This document shows positions 39,901-52,636 of a stretch of 64,000 bases of DNA, in pieces. Under the pieces are notes generated by a model, which saw only the letters and a program-made list of their open reading frames with translations, had not been told where the DNA came from and searched no databases. Source of the DNA: Thalia democratica (lineage: Eukaryota); the NCBI GenBank assembly GCA_965202585.1, contig OZ241829.1, positions 16,492,001 to 16,556,000 on the forward strand, in the 5' to 3' direction. The translations under genes were made by a program, and so were the position numbers. Each line of letters starts with the position of its first letter. Position 1 is the stretch's first letter.

Positions 39901-42900
39901 TTTCCGTACCCCTTAACAAAAATACTACGCGTAGAAATTCCATATGTGTCTACAGATATTTCGTATATGTGCTTGTATGTAGAGGCAACATTTTCTACTA
40001 ATTTTTATTTGCTTTGCTTTATTATTGATTTTAAAAAACTCAGTTATATTAACGAAATCTAACATAAGTAGTTGGTAGAGGCTGTTGTAACGTAATTAAA
40101 TTAATTACTTTAATGTACAATTAATCTTAAAAATTAACCCTAAAAGTCTTTTTAAAGTATTTAAAAGTTCAAAGTGCGTTTAATAAAAAGTAAAAGTAGT
40201 AAACTGAAAAAAAAAAATCAAGTAATAAAGGCTAAAATTTTTAATGTTCTCACAATTTTATTCAGAGTCTCTAACTCCAAAAGGGTTGTTTTAGCACTTA
40301 AAACAAAATGAGTTATACCGATAGTTGTTCAACACCTGAAGTTAGATTGTTTTAGTATTTCTAAGAGCAGAAAGTTATGTAGATAACTTGTTCTAAAGTG
40401 TTAAGGATCGAGAATAAAGCAAATTCACGTCTATAAACATAGGAATGCCTATTTTGAACTACAGTAGTTGCTCAACAGTCGAGATTAGTTTGTTTTAGTA
40501 TATCAAACAACCGAAAAACTAATATTTCACACAGTTTTGTTGTACTTCAACCTATGGCTCACAAGTTACCAAATACAGTATGACTTTAACAAACGAACTT
40601 AATAACACGCACTTAAAAAGTTTAACTGGTTATTTTCTAAAGTTAAGTCCAAAATAAATACGATTCTAAAAAGTAAATCTTCTTTGACAAAGAAAATCTC
40701 AATCAAAGTCTAATAACGATTTAGACAGTGAAGTTACTTTATAAAAAAATCTCAAACGATTTTCCATTTTATACCGAGCTTTCTCTTAAACTGTTTTGAA
40801 ACAGTAAAGCTCTCTTTTTTCTTATTCTCTCAGAGCGAGCGCGAGGCAGCGCTTTCAAAATGACTCTTTTGACCTTAAGCTGTAATTTTACGAAAAAATA
40901 GAGTAGGAATTTGTAGTTTACAAAACCTTTTTCTTTGTTTAGTTTAGCCTGTGGCATTTGGTATAAACGTTTCTGGACATAATGTAAATTTTTTTATACT
41001 TTTTGAGTTACAAATTAAAGCAGTTAAAATGCTCAAGTCAAGCTGAATTACATTACTTTATAATAAACAATTTAAGAGTTAAACTTTAAAGATAAATTTT
41101 CTTGTTATTTTAAATCGTTAACTTTTTTATTATTGGAAACTAAGTTGCTAGGACAAAAATTCAAAAAAATAGATACGTTAGTATGATTTTATTAACTGAA
41201 TATTGATTTATTAGACTTTATTTTACAGTGTTTAGTTTTGCTAGCTCGCAACTTAAAAACTACTTGTAGATTTTTTAGTTAATACAAAAACTTATTTTTT
41301 GTAGTTATTTGGTTATGAGTGCTTTAAGTTTGACAAATTATACATTTTATTTTATTTGACAGTGTATACTAATTTTTTTGTACATTTTTTAGCTAAATTA
41401 AAACAAAGTACTTGTAAAAACTATCAAAAGTTTTAGTTTGACCTAAGGTAAAAAATAGTTATACAGCTATAAATGTTTGATATTTTAAAGAAGTTTAGGT
41501 TACTGTTAAATTTAAGGATAATAGCTTAATTGTAACTAACTAGATGCTTAGATATGGAAAATTAGTTAGTAACATAATTAATAAAACTTTGTGTTTACAG
41601 GAGCATATTTTTTGGACAGTAAAATAGTTTTTATAGTTTAAAAACAATTTAGATCACCTTAAAAACTCTTTATATTTTTCAAGGCTTTAATTTACTAAAA
41701 CTGTTAGTTCAAAGTTTTCTAAATATGTATTAATATTTAAAAAACGCTTTAGTTTTTTTTTACAATTGCTTCCCGCTGTTTATCGTCTAACTATTTACAA
41801 CGATTGTCGTTTATTTTTTCTCTTTTTTTTTCAATTTCTCTCTATCTCTTTTTTTGGCCTTTTTCGAGCGAAATAACTCGAAGCTGGCATTTTTTATTCT
41901 AAACTTTTTTCAACACTGCTTGTTTATGTTAAGTACTTATATAAACTTTGTTCTGTAGACCTTTTTTTGAATTTTAATAAATCACACAAGTATTACAATT
42001 CCAAGTTTTAAATATTGAAAGTTCGCTCTATTCAATATAAAGATGTTTGCAAAAGATTTTACCGTGCTAAACATATTCGTTTGAGTAAGTATTTTTACTT
42101 TTAACTAAAAAAAAGTATTAAAACTTACTAGTGTTAGAACTATGTATAAATAATAATAGATTAAAATAAAATTAAAACTAGATTAACTTTTTGTAAACTA
42201 TTTTAAATGTATAAGTAAAGTATTTAACTTCTCAATGTAATACAACTAAGGTTATAGTGGTTTTTAGCTTAAAAGTTTATTATTATTTATAACCACTTAA
42301 AATTTAACTAATTAAAATTAAAAACCATTGTTTTGAAATAAAATAATTAAAGTTGATTAATAAACAAATTAAAAAAATGTAGTAAAACAAACTGAAGTTA
42401 AGCAAACTAGTTACTTTAAAAAATTAGTTAATCACTTCTTTAATCTAACTTAACATAAACTTATTTTTATTTAGCCAAAGTATTAAACTTATAGTCCGTA
42501 ACTTGCAGAGCATTTTGTTTGTTTAAACAAAACAAAGTAAAAAAAAAATTACTAATAAATTAGGTATGTAGCTAGAAATAAGATAGTGCGAGTTTAACTT
42601 ATAAGAGTTAAAAAAGTAACTTATGTTTGTTTAGAAAACACAAAAGTAAAATATTAATTTTTTTTGACAGTTATTCAGTTTGTTTTGTAAATATCAAGCT
42701 TAATATTTTACGCTAGATTATTATCAAAACTTTTTCAGTGCTTTTAAAAAAGTAAAAAAAAATTGTTTTGCTCACTTATTTCGTGTAAAGTATTTTTAAA
42801 CAAATTTGTACGAAAATAAAGTAAGCACATTGATTTTATGTGTGAAATATTACTTTTTTGAGTTCTAACAGAATAAAGCAGATGTGTTATGAATTAAAAT

Positions 42901-43699
42901 ATGTATTTTTACTCTATACTGCAGAAACTAAAATCAAAAAATTGTTTTATTCTTTTTATTATTGAAGTTTAAGAAAGGTAAATCATGTAAAATGTGTAGT
43001 TTTGTTGATTATGCAATCAGAAAAAATAACAATAAAAATGCTTGTAGTTTTGTTTTTTTCAAATTATTTTTAAACTATAAAAAGTACCTTTATAAAGGTT
43101 ATAAAATATGCAGTGATATGCAACTAATAGGACTTGTTTATAATTTTTTTTAATTAGTTTAACTTTTTTTTTCAGAAAAACATATATATTTTACGCGAAA
43201 AGTATTTTAAAACTGCTTGAAAAATTTAAACTATATGCTGTATTTATTTATATTTAAATTACATTGTTGGGACAGTATATGCTACTCTTAGTACTTTACA
43301 GCAACTTAGTAAACACTGAAATAACTTAGCCTTTTAATCTCAATAAAATTTAATAAATATAACTGATATTGTTAACCTTGTGTTTTATTAGCAACTTAGT
43401 TATTGTTAATCAGAAAGTTTGCACTACCTACTAATGTTACTGTAATTAAAACAAAAAGCTTTGAGTGTTTAAAATAGTTGCAATAAACATTTTATTTTGT
43501 TTAGTTGCATAAAGCATACTAATTAGTAAGCATAGTAAGCAAATTAGTAAGTGTTTTTTTCTAAGAAAAGTAAACTCATTCTGGCTAACTTCAATATTTT
43601 TTTATCAAAAAAAAAAGATATTTACTCGTTCATTAAAGTTATAAAATTATAATTTTAAGCAAAACTTAGTGGAGGTTTTATTGAACTTTTCTTTTAAAG

Positions 43700-46600
43700 A
43701 TGAGTACCGACTACGATACTGATGACTATTTTTATGAAGAATTTCAGCGTAAAGTAAGTTTATAATTTTTCAAAGGGGTTTTTAAGCTTTTTAATTTATC
43801 ACAACAACATTATTGAAGACATAAAACTTGTAATTGTAATTGTATTGAACAAAAAAACGAAAACGAAAAGATGCTCAAAAGATGACTTGGTCCAAGGACC
43901 TGGGTGCACGAACAGACCTCTCGGTCTTCGAGCGCACACCTAACATAAATAATTAATGATCTAAAAAACTTTACACATAAGAATGTTAACTCTCAAATTA
44001 AAAGCTATCAAAATTGGACTACTTTAAACAATTTTTCAAACAACAAATCTTCAAATAGGTGTATGTAATAGTATTTGACACGTAACAATTACTGTTAACT
44101 TTTTACGAAAACATTTTTTTAGATGACCGCCAGCACACTTGCGAAGAAAGTTGTTGACGTGAAAAGTGCTGGGGACGAACAGCTGGTTTATTTCTTTGAC
44201 GACAACTCAATCAGTGTGGTGGACCACTCAGGAAAAACACTCGCAGCAAAAAGGTATAAATTTGTTTCATGCAACTTATGAAAACTTTTTTAATTAATGC
44301 TTTTAACTACTCCGTTTTGTACTTTTTGTAACAAACTTTCACGTGCTGTGCTTGCTGTTATTTTGGCACATGAAGGTCCAGGTTTCGGCTCTGATGACTT
44401 TCGCTGATGCTTTCTTATTGGTCGTATTACAAATGAGCGTACCAGATGTCTTGCTGATTGAACGCATATTTGCACGGAAACTAAACAACCTGATCATATC
44501 AGCAAAATGTAGCTTCGTGGTAAAACATCATGTCTGTTTGTAGCTCTTTTCGGTTACGCCCAACTAACAAAACTTGCAACTATCAAAACTTGTCTTTTAA
44601 GACTTTCAAGCTAAATTTAAACTTATCCGTAAAGAATTTTTCCAACCAACACAAATACTTTACTTTTTTTTCCAGGTTTGCCGATAAAATTTCCACGATC
44701 GCGGCGTGCCCCGACCACTTCTGCGTGTTTTTCGGCGGCTCGTTCAAATGCTTCAAGATCGAGGAACACCGCCGCCTGGCGGACAGAAAGCTCATGGTTC
44801 AAATATCAACGACGACCCTGGCGAACGTCACGTCGCCTGTCAGGTACGCCGACGTGCAGGACACCGCGTCGGGCTTGGTGGTGGCTTGGTCGGCCAACAA
44901 CGGGTCGGTGGGCTTGTACAAACTGAAGGCGAGGACCACCGAACACTTGCACTTGGGCGAACACGGGGCCGTCTGCGCCCTTTCCCTGTGCCAAAACGCC
45001 CGCTTCCTCGCCTGCGCCCACCCCGACCAGATCAAGGTGTTTTCGGTGAAAGGCGGCGGCCTTTTTGGCGTTTTCGGCTGCGACGGGGTCAGTGCGTCCA
45101 CGACCAACGACCTCCTGTTCAGCCGGACGTTCGAGGTTCTGTCGTACGTCAGCCGGGAGGGGAGGATGTTCTTGTACGAGCTCAACGACCTGTACTTCCA
45201 GGAGGACAAGAGTGAGCCGGTGCCGCCCCGAGCGGTTGTTAATGTCGGGGGTTACCCCGGTGCGAGAGCGCTGGAAGTGGACTACAAGGGGGAGAACTAC
45301 CAGGCGGCGAGGAGGGGGCGGGTGATTGAAGCGGTGGTCAACGGGGACGCGCAGAAAGTTAGCCTGACCAAGTACAACGTGAACGAGGATGGTGAAATAC
45401 GTCAGACGCAGATCAGCAGTAAGTTTAATATTTGTTTGGGTAAAAATAAATAAGTAAATTATAAATATTTTGTAGCCCACCATAAACATGAATTTAATTA
45501 AATTGATAAAACTGTAGGTACGGTTATAGTTGCCCATCCCCTATGATACAATTTCCTAAAACTTTCATCAACATTTTATTGGTTTTCACTGTCTTTGATA
45601 TCAGTTGTTGTCATTAGTGTCATCAATATTTAAGCGCCTTACATAGAATTGACATTAGTCACTGTGACTTAAACTGGTTCATTCCCCCATTTTTGACTTA
45701 TAAGAAATTATACTTTGTCAACACTTTGTGACTTTTTTTGAGCTGTATTTAGTACAAAAAATAGAAATCTATGCTAAACGAAATAACTTGGGCTTAATAA
45801 GTGCTTATTAGGCTAATTAAGGTGATAAAAGGTGATAATTTGAGGTGACATGTTTGGGTTATTTGAGCATATTTTTGCTTAGTTTTGCTTTTTTTATGCT
45901 TACTTTTGCTTATTTCTGTTTACTTTGGCTTTAACATTGTCACCAATTTTTTTTGACTTATTGTGACTTAAAATGTTTCAATTTGTATTTTTATTTCCCT
46001 ATCAGCATTTTGTTTAATATGATCTCCTATTGCCTGTTGGTTTTCCCAACCCCGTATGTTTTAATGGTAATTGTTAAACCGCAAAAGCTTTTTAAAGGGG
46101 CACATAGCAAATGGGAGTATTGCTTTTGTTTAATTAAACGCAGGCTTTAATGGTAAAACTTTTCCAAATCTTATCTTAATTTAAATGCACAATGTAATAA
46201 AATGACGTAAATATATTAATGTGAGAAAAATGTGATAGTTACTGCTTAAGATATGAAAAAGTAACCTACTAGTATAATGTGATTTACTACCTTTGTCTTA
46301 TTCAAGTGTTACTTGAAAGATAGGTATTTCTTAATAAATTTTTTGAAGTAGTCGTTTATAACCTACCTTTTGATTAACAGCTATTTCAAGTAAATCTGAA
46401 GTTATTTTAGTGGTTTTTTAGTAACATACGTTTTAATATTTACTTATTAATTTAATTCACAGTTAAACTCAATTTTGTTAATAACCCATCAGTATAAATA
46501 TTGAAATAATCGCCAACATTAACTACATAAATTTCCCATACTAGTAAACTACCCAGCTATTCTGCCTCTTACTAGAAATTGTCCCCTGATATCCAAATTC

Positions 46601-49600
46601 CCCCAAAATGGGGTTGATGTCGCTAATTTTAGCAAATTCAAAAATTATAATTTTGTAGTTTCTAGCTTTCCTACCGTACATATTAAAAATTAAAAAAATC
46701 AAACTGTGGCCGCGCTTAAATTATTAGTTTCAATTCAACAACTTCAAAGATGCGGACATAGATCACGACTTGGAAGATCTCTCCGACGACGATGAGGTGG
46801 CGAAGACGGAGGCGGCGGAAGAGGAGGCGTGGATCAGGGCGGACGGGAGCAGGTGCGAGTTTGCGGAGCTGGAGGGGATAATCCCCACCGACAAGGACTT
46901 TCACTATTTGGGGTGTTACCCCAAACGGGGAGTGTTCGTCATCTTCAACTTCAAATACGTTCGTTTGAGTTTGCTTGCGCACGTGTGAAAGCGTTTTGAA
47001 GTGCTGGAAACAAAACGTTTTTGATTTTAATTTTGTTGTGGTTTATTGTTATGTTGGATAATTTTGTTCATATAGATCCTAGTTGTCATGTACAAGTTTT
47101 AAAATTGTCTTTAAATTTTTTAAAACCATTTTACTAAGTTGGTTTTTTTATTAATAGTGCAGTTGATTGGAAACTTTTAAGTTAGCACCACTAAAAAAAA
47201 AGTAAATAAGATTAAAACTTAATGACATATAGATGCTATGTTTGTCCACTTAGTTTTACTTACAAAAATAACCTTGTTTAATCTTAAAGCTTTATTTCAC
47301 TGCTGTTTGATAACTAAATTTAAGCGGAACAATAAAGAACAACGTAAAATACAATAAAATATGTACAATGTGTAAATAATTTAGAAACACTTTTTCTTTT
47401 CTAAAATGCAAAAAACATTTTATAAAATAATTTTTATAAAAACATAAACAACTTACAGTAGCTAGCTACAGAGTAAAACATAAAAGTAAGAAACAACTTT
47501 AATTGAATATTTAACAGCTTGACAGCAATCAAGATTTGCAACCAAGCCAACCGACTTCGGAAGATGAGGATGAGACGATTCTGAAGAAGATGGCAAGAAA
47601 GCTGGGATTCGATGAAAACTGCATTTTCGTTCACAGAACCGTCAGGAAGAGGAGGCTCCCGCGTTTTCAGGAACCGTACTCTCAAGTCGACGAAGCCCGC
47701 GAAAAAATCAAAGAAAGTTGTTTATTGTAGTTTGTGTTTCTAATAATAATACTCTGTAAACACTTAGAAAAGTATCAGTACTAGTAACACTACAACACTG
47801 TATAAAACTAATAATAAATTTTTGCATATCAGTCTTTATATTAAACCATATTTAGGTAACTTTGATATCTTCACAAAAAATACATTTTTATATCTAACAG
47901 TTGTGAATAAAAAGAAAAACGATCTCAGTCAGAGTGACTGTTTCGTGTGTGTTTTCATATCAAAGGAGAAATTCACAGTTTCGAGAAACCTGACGAAAGC
48001 CGTTGAGCCAAGCAACTGCCCGGCTCTCGCTGGAAAACCAAAGTTGTTCTTCATTCAGGTAAAAACTGATCTTTTTTTAATGATTTTTTATTGAAAGCTC
48101 TAACTGTTACTGAGGCATGGTCAAATATTATTTCTATTACTTAATGAATAGCATATTTGGTTAGTTTACGATAACAAAATTATGCAGCCTGTTGCACACA
48201 AAATCATCAATACATATTTGATTTCTAAAAAAAATAATTTGTTCCCTTTTTATATCAAAATTTTTATTTTAATTCTCTTTTTATTACTCAAAACTCACCA
48301 ATTGCCTCACGGCCAGGCGCCCAGAGGTGAAAAGAAAGATCTGGGGTTCGATTCCTACCACGTTGTCAGGGACGACGAGCCCTCGACATCGGGTCATGGC
48401 AACCAATCAGCGGAACCAGAAGAGAGTGGCCATGGCAACCGGGAAGCCCCGTGCGTGAGACACCTGCTCCACTACGACAACCCGATGCCGCGGCAGATTC
48501 CGTCGCAGGCGGACCTCCTCATCGCGCATTCCACTTGCAAAGGTTGTTTATTTGATAGTTTGATACTATATTAACCGAAATACACCAAGTGCTTAGACCA
48601 AACTTTTTGAGAGCTTTTTTTACCGTTCAACAAATAATATAGTGTATTTACTTGATGGTTGTTAAAGTTTGTGGCTGTTTTAAAATGTTAACAACGTTGC
48701 AAAGCATACAAAATTGGTTTTTTGCGAATGTTGGTTTTGTAGAGGAGTTTTAAGAATTTAATGAAATAATATAAATAAATTTAGTATTAGTTTTTTGTTG
48801 TACTCAAAAGGTATTATGTTTGTGTAACTTAATTGAAACTGTGCGAACTAGTGTTATTTACTTTAAATAAATTTTATTACTTTGTTGGTTAAAATTAAAA
48901 ATTTTACACTTTTCACTTGCAAAGGTTAAATGTTTAACGTTGTTTTAACTTTATTCGTTTATTTGTTTGATGGTTGTTAAAATCTGTGGTAGTTTGAAAA
49001 GAAAAATTAGCTTTGCAGTGCAAAACTTTATTTGTTTGTTAAAATAACTCTATTTGAGACATTTAATCTTTATAAAATTTATGATAGTTTTAAAAGCTAA
49101 AAACGTTACAAAGCATACAATTTTTTTTAACAAACGTTGTCTTTATACAGAACAGGTTTTACTGCCGTAGTTTTTCATACTTTTTGTTTATTTTTTTTCA
49201 AAAAATACTATAACAGTGTAACTTAATTGAAACTGTTTAGTCTTAAACCATTTAGTGTCACAAATAGTTTTCAAATATTTATTTATTTTATAACAAAACT
49301 GCAACCTTATAAGTTGTTATGTAGATTAAAAATAAACCTTTGTACTCAATTCCACCCGTTGTTAAAGAAGTATTTAATGTTAAGTAAGTCTGCTATATGT
49401 TTTAAAAACTAGTTTTCAAACATGTTAGCATTTATTATGCTATTTAAATCTTGTAGACGTTTCTAGTATACTATTTTAATTTATTATTTTATTAGTTTTT
49501 AAAATGCATTCTTATACAGTTTTTACATTATAAAAAGGATCTATGGAACTTTTATATACAAATGTGCTTAATTTCAAAAACTGTATGTTCTAAAAGTAAC

Positions 49601-50162
49601 ACTTATTTACTGAAAACCTAAAAAAAAATAATTTGTTAAAAGTCTCAATATCTTTCAGATTATGAATCGTGCACTAAAACTTACGGCGAGGCTTCTCCTT
49701 ACCTTAAGTATTTGACACACGTCATCATCAAATACCATATGACGCAGGATCTGCTATCCGTGAGTTTGTTAATAAAATTTACAAACATATGTTTTTAAAA
49801 CCGTTACATTTTGACCGTAACAGTAAATTTTGTATAAATTGATTTTACAGCTTTCTGTTGTGATATACAATGCAAACTTTATAAATCAAAATAAAAACTT
49901 GAACATGTTCTGGAGAATAACTAACTAGTTTAAGCCTTAAAATGAATGTTCCAATAACTTTATTTTTACCATAAGTTTACTACATTCAGTAAAAACTCAC
50001 TTGTGACCTGCGTATAACAATTACAACTTCTACTAATTGTAGATGATGACTCACGTGAACTACTTGATGTCGAACAAGCACACGAACGAGGACCAAACCA
50101 AGCAGATGCCCTCTTTCGTCAGTCAACTCACGAGGAAAATCCGGTTCCTACCAAAACATTAA
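43700..50162 (+). CDS. WD40-like beta-propeller fused to a catalytically inactive caspase-8-like domain (~646 aa)
   Basis: Exons 43700-43753, 44123-44253, 44676-45418, 46750(or 46728)-46958, 47518-47716, 47901-48058, 48317-48542, 49659-49759, 50043-50162. Caspase motifs: PKRGVFVIFN, RKLGF, SDCFVCVFISK, CPALAGKPKLFFIQAPRG, IPSQADLLIAHST, KQMPSFVSQLTRKIRF*. The N-terminal part has beta-strand repeats (SVGLYKL, CALSLCQNARFLACAHPDQIKVFSV). The exon 3-4 junction is the least certain point. Confidence 0.8.
43845..43945 (+). repeat. ~120-bp dispersed structured repeat, copy 5 (best-paired copy)
   Basis: GGTCCAAGGACCTGGGTGCACGAACAGACCTCTCGGTCTTCGAGCGCACACC in intron 1 of the pseudocaspase gene. Confidence 0.75.
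44290..44570 (-). mobile_element. Possible Tc1-like transposase N-terminal fragment (decayed), intronic
   Basis: Frameshifted GRNRKEL...SMRSISK...VRSFVIR...PKPGPSCAKITASTARE.LLQKV resembles the paired HTH region of Tc1 transposases. Confidence 0.4.
48650..49250 (+). repeat. ~310-bp degenerate tandem duplication in an intron
   Basis: Two copies of TTGATGGTTGTTAAA..TGTGG, AACGTT.CAAAGCATACAA and TGTAACTTAATTGAAACTG. Confidence 0.65.
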
Positions 50163-50508
50163 ACTCTTTCTGCAATCGATCTGTGTAATTTACTACGTCT
50201 TTCATCGTGTAATAAACTTTCTTTTCTATTCTGATTTTAAAACCACCGAAAACTAATTAAAAATTTTATCGGCGTATAGCCAAGAAGTTTACTATTGTTT
50301 AGGAACATGTACAAAACCTTTTAAGTTGTAGTAGTATAGGCTTTCCGTGGAAAAATTAAAACTTTTGATTTTCTTAAAAAGTTAAAACCATAAACCAAGT
50401 GACATCTGGAATCAATAGAAAAAGTTTACAGTGTTCAGAAAATCAAACTTTTATAAAGTTATAAAATTTACTTGAAAATGATATAGTATAAATATCTAAC
50501 ACATCAGT

Positions 50509-50625
50509 GGTATGTCCCGATGGTGTAGGGGTCCGAATGACTAATTTGGTAACTGTGAGTTGAATAAAGAGTCTACAGAATAAAATTTGAGTTAAAAGTT
50601 GCAGCTCGAGTCCCAGTGGCCGCCA
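50509..50625 (+). other. tRNA-like A/B box remnant (possible SINE head)
   Basis: GTCCCGATGGTGTAGGGGT resembles tRNA-Gln/Glu 5' ends; B-box-like GCTCGAGTCCC at 50604; ends in CCA. No cloverleaf can be formed. Confidence 0.3.
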
Positions 50626-50977
50626 CATGTAAAATAAAAGTTAATTTGTTTTAAAATTTAATAGTTTGTGTTTGTCAAGATTGTAACGTTTAGGTTGTCA
50701 TAACTTTTTAAATCACAATACCATTGGTTAGAAACGTTTTAAACTAAATTGATATTAATCATCTAAAAGAGAATAATTCGCACGCCAGAAAATATTCCTC
50801 CGTATTTTGATAAACGTACTATTTATTCACTAACTGTTTCAATTTCACTTGTCTGTAGTTGCTCCTTATCTATACCAAACCAGTATAAATTTTAACGCAA
50901 ATACACAAAAAAAAATTCATCCGTTCTAATTACAGGCCAATATATTTTGCAAAATTTTTAAATACATGAATTATTAT

Positions 50978-51025
50978 TGTAAAGGCCTGAAGATCCCTTT
51001 TGGGTGAAACGACGTTGCCTTTATG
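50978..51025 (+). ncRNA. Type I hammerhead ribozyme
   Basis: TGTAAAGGC-CTGAAGA-TCCCTTTTGGGT-GAAA-CGACG-TT-GCCTTTATG: 7 Watson-Crick plus 2 GU pairs in stem I, CCC/GGG stem II, intact core, GUU triplet. Confidence 0.8.
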
Positions 51026-52240
51026 CAAGTAAAATTAATATTAGTATATGTAGTTAATAAAAAGTCGATCATATTTTCTCAATAGTCTAATTTAACCTAA
51101 ACTATTTCGTTTTCTCCCTAGATAAGCATCCTGTTATAGTAACTATATTGCTTACACTAATGATTGGAGATTGTTTTTTGCCTACTAAAGTAATCTCTAC
51201 AGATACATGAAAAGTTCTCTGTTCTTTTTCTCAATTAAAATTAATAAATACTTTATCTTAGTACAAAACTCACAATAGTCTTACTTAGTTGGTTCAAAAA
51301 AAAAATTAGGAAAGATACTTTTTACAGTATCACAACTTTGGTTTCAACAATATTTTTTCACTGTTTTCAAAGTTTGATTTAAATATTGCACCACACATGA
51401 AGTTTCTATTTGAAATGACAAAAATATGGAAATTCTTTTTAGCATACTAACTCGATAAATTCCTATTTTTAGCTCCTTCGCAAATTATATTAGTGAGGGA
51501 AACTAAACAGGTTCAAACTTTTGGGACCATCCCAGTGATTACAACAACAATTAGTAGGGACCTTATAAGTTTTAGGTTCTATAAAAAGTTTAAAACTTCG
51601 TTTTCAACTAACGAATAGAAAGCCTACAGGTGGTCATAGTCTTGGACATTTTACAAACGTTTAAAAATTATGCTTTAATATTTATTTTTAACATTCCAAA
51701 AAACTAAACTAACATAACTTCAAAAAAGTTGGCATTTTTACTCAATAAACAACTGTATTTAAAAAATTAAGACTTTTAACTTAAAAATAATGACTAACAG
51801 AATCTTAATGCTCTTATTAGTAAATGGTTTTGCAAAATTAAGATGATCTGTATAAATAATAATAAAAATTGCAATATAAATTTTTTCAAGCCTTCAAGTA
51901 ATATACTACACAATTATTTTTGAAAGTCATAAAACTTCTTTATTCTAGTTTGCATATAACAAATAAAAACGTATCAAATTACACAGTAATGTTAGAAAAA
52001 TTTTCAAAATTTTCACGTTCAAGGAAAATAAAAAATATATTTAAACATTTATTTTTCATTATTACAAATCATTAATAATTGAAAGAAAAACCAAAATCAT
52101 TTTGAAAATAAGTTAGAGTTAGTCAGTATAATAATCAAACACAGATTTTCGATAATCAAAAAATGATATAATTTATAATTTAAAAACTTTGAAACTTTAA
52201 ACAAGCGTAAGTAACATAATGATTTAACCCTAATTAAGTT

Positions 52241-52306
52241 GCATTGTTTTTCAAACTTAAGTTTCCTTAAATAAAAGGTTTGAACAAAAAGTTGTCATTA
52301 AAATGC
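52241..52306 (-). promoter_or_regulatory. SECIS element (type II) in the SELENOO 3' UTR
   Basis: - strand: GCATT-TTA-ATGAC-AACTTTTTGTTC-AAA-CCTT-TTATTT-AAGG-AAACTTAAGTT-TGAA-AAAC-AATGC. It has helix I, an AUGA/UGA kink core, an AAA bulge and an apical mini-stem; ~340 nt downstream of the Sec codon and upstream of an AATAAA at ~52050. Confidence 0.75.
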
Positions 52307-52636
52307 AAAGTTTAGGGCAAAAATAAAAGTTAACTGCAAAAACTAAAATATTATAAGCAGGCAATAATCATAAGGCTTTAAAAAAAATCTAAAAAATTAC
52401 AATATCAAGTGTAAAAAATCAGATCGAATAATAAAATAGCTATCTAAATTTTTCAGTTGGGCACCATATAGTTTTCGCAATTAACTTTTATCGAGCATCT
52501 GAAATTTAAATACCAACAAAGATTCCCTAAAAAAATACCATAAAAGTTGAATATCAACCCGAGATGTGGGTATTTAAATTCAAGACGCTACTTTTGGCTG
52601 AAAACTGATGACATTACTAATTGTGACGTCATCGAT

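Noticed and set aside
40769-40957. Basic ORF on the - strand
   Set aside because: No splice context or recognisable family; possibly decayed retroelement sequence.
44676-45418. Horizontal transfer origin of the GC-rich propeller exon
   Set aside because: Equally GC-rich exons occur in the native SELENOO and NPHP4 genes, so composition alone is not evidence.
44583-45537. Several overlapping long ORFs on both strands around the GC-rich exon
   Set aside because: Shadow ORFs expected from high GC3; only one frame is joined by splice sites and looks protein-like.
46091-46120. TTAAAGGGGCACATAG (and TTAAAGGGAAGTATAAC at ~22985), Kolobok-like ends
   Set aside because: No matching opposite terminus found in either case.
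46545-46612. Possible small exon bridging exon 3 (phase 1) to the phase-0 TAG acceptor at 46727
   Set aside because: Weak donor (GGG|GTTGAT) and repeat-like sequence; direct splicing to the AAG acceptor at 46749 explains the frame more simply. Left unresolved.
52600-52636. ATGAC...GTCATC hairpin right after the SELENOO stop as a SECIS
   Set aside because: It pairs Watson-Crick through the would-be GA quartet, lacks the AA loop and is too close to the UGA.
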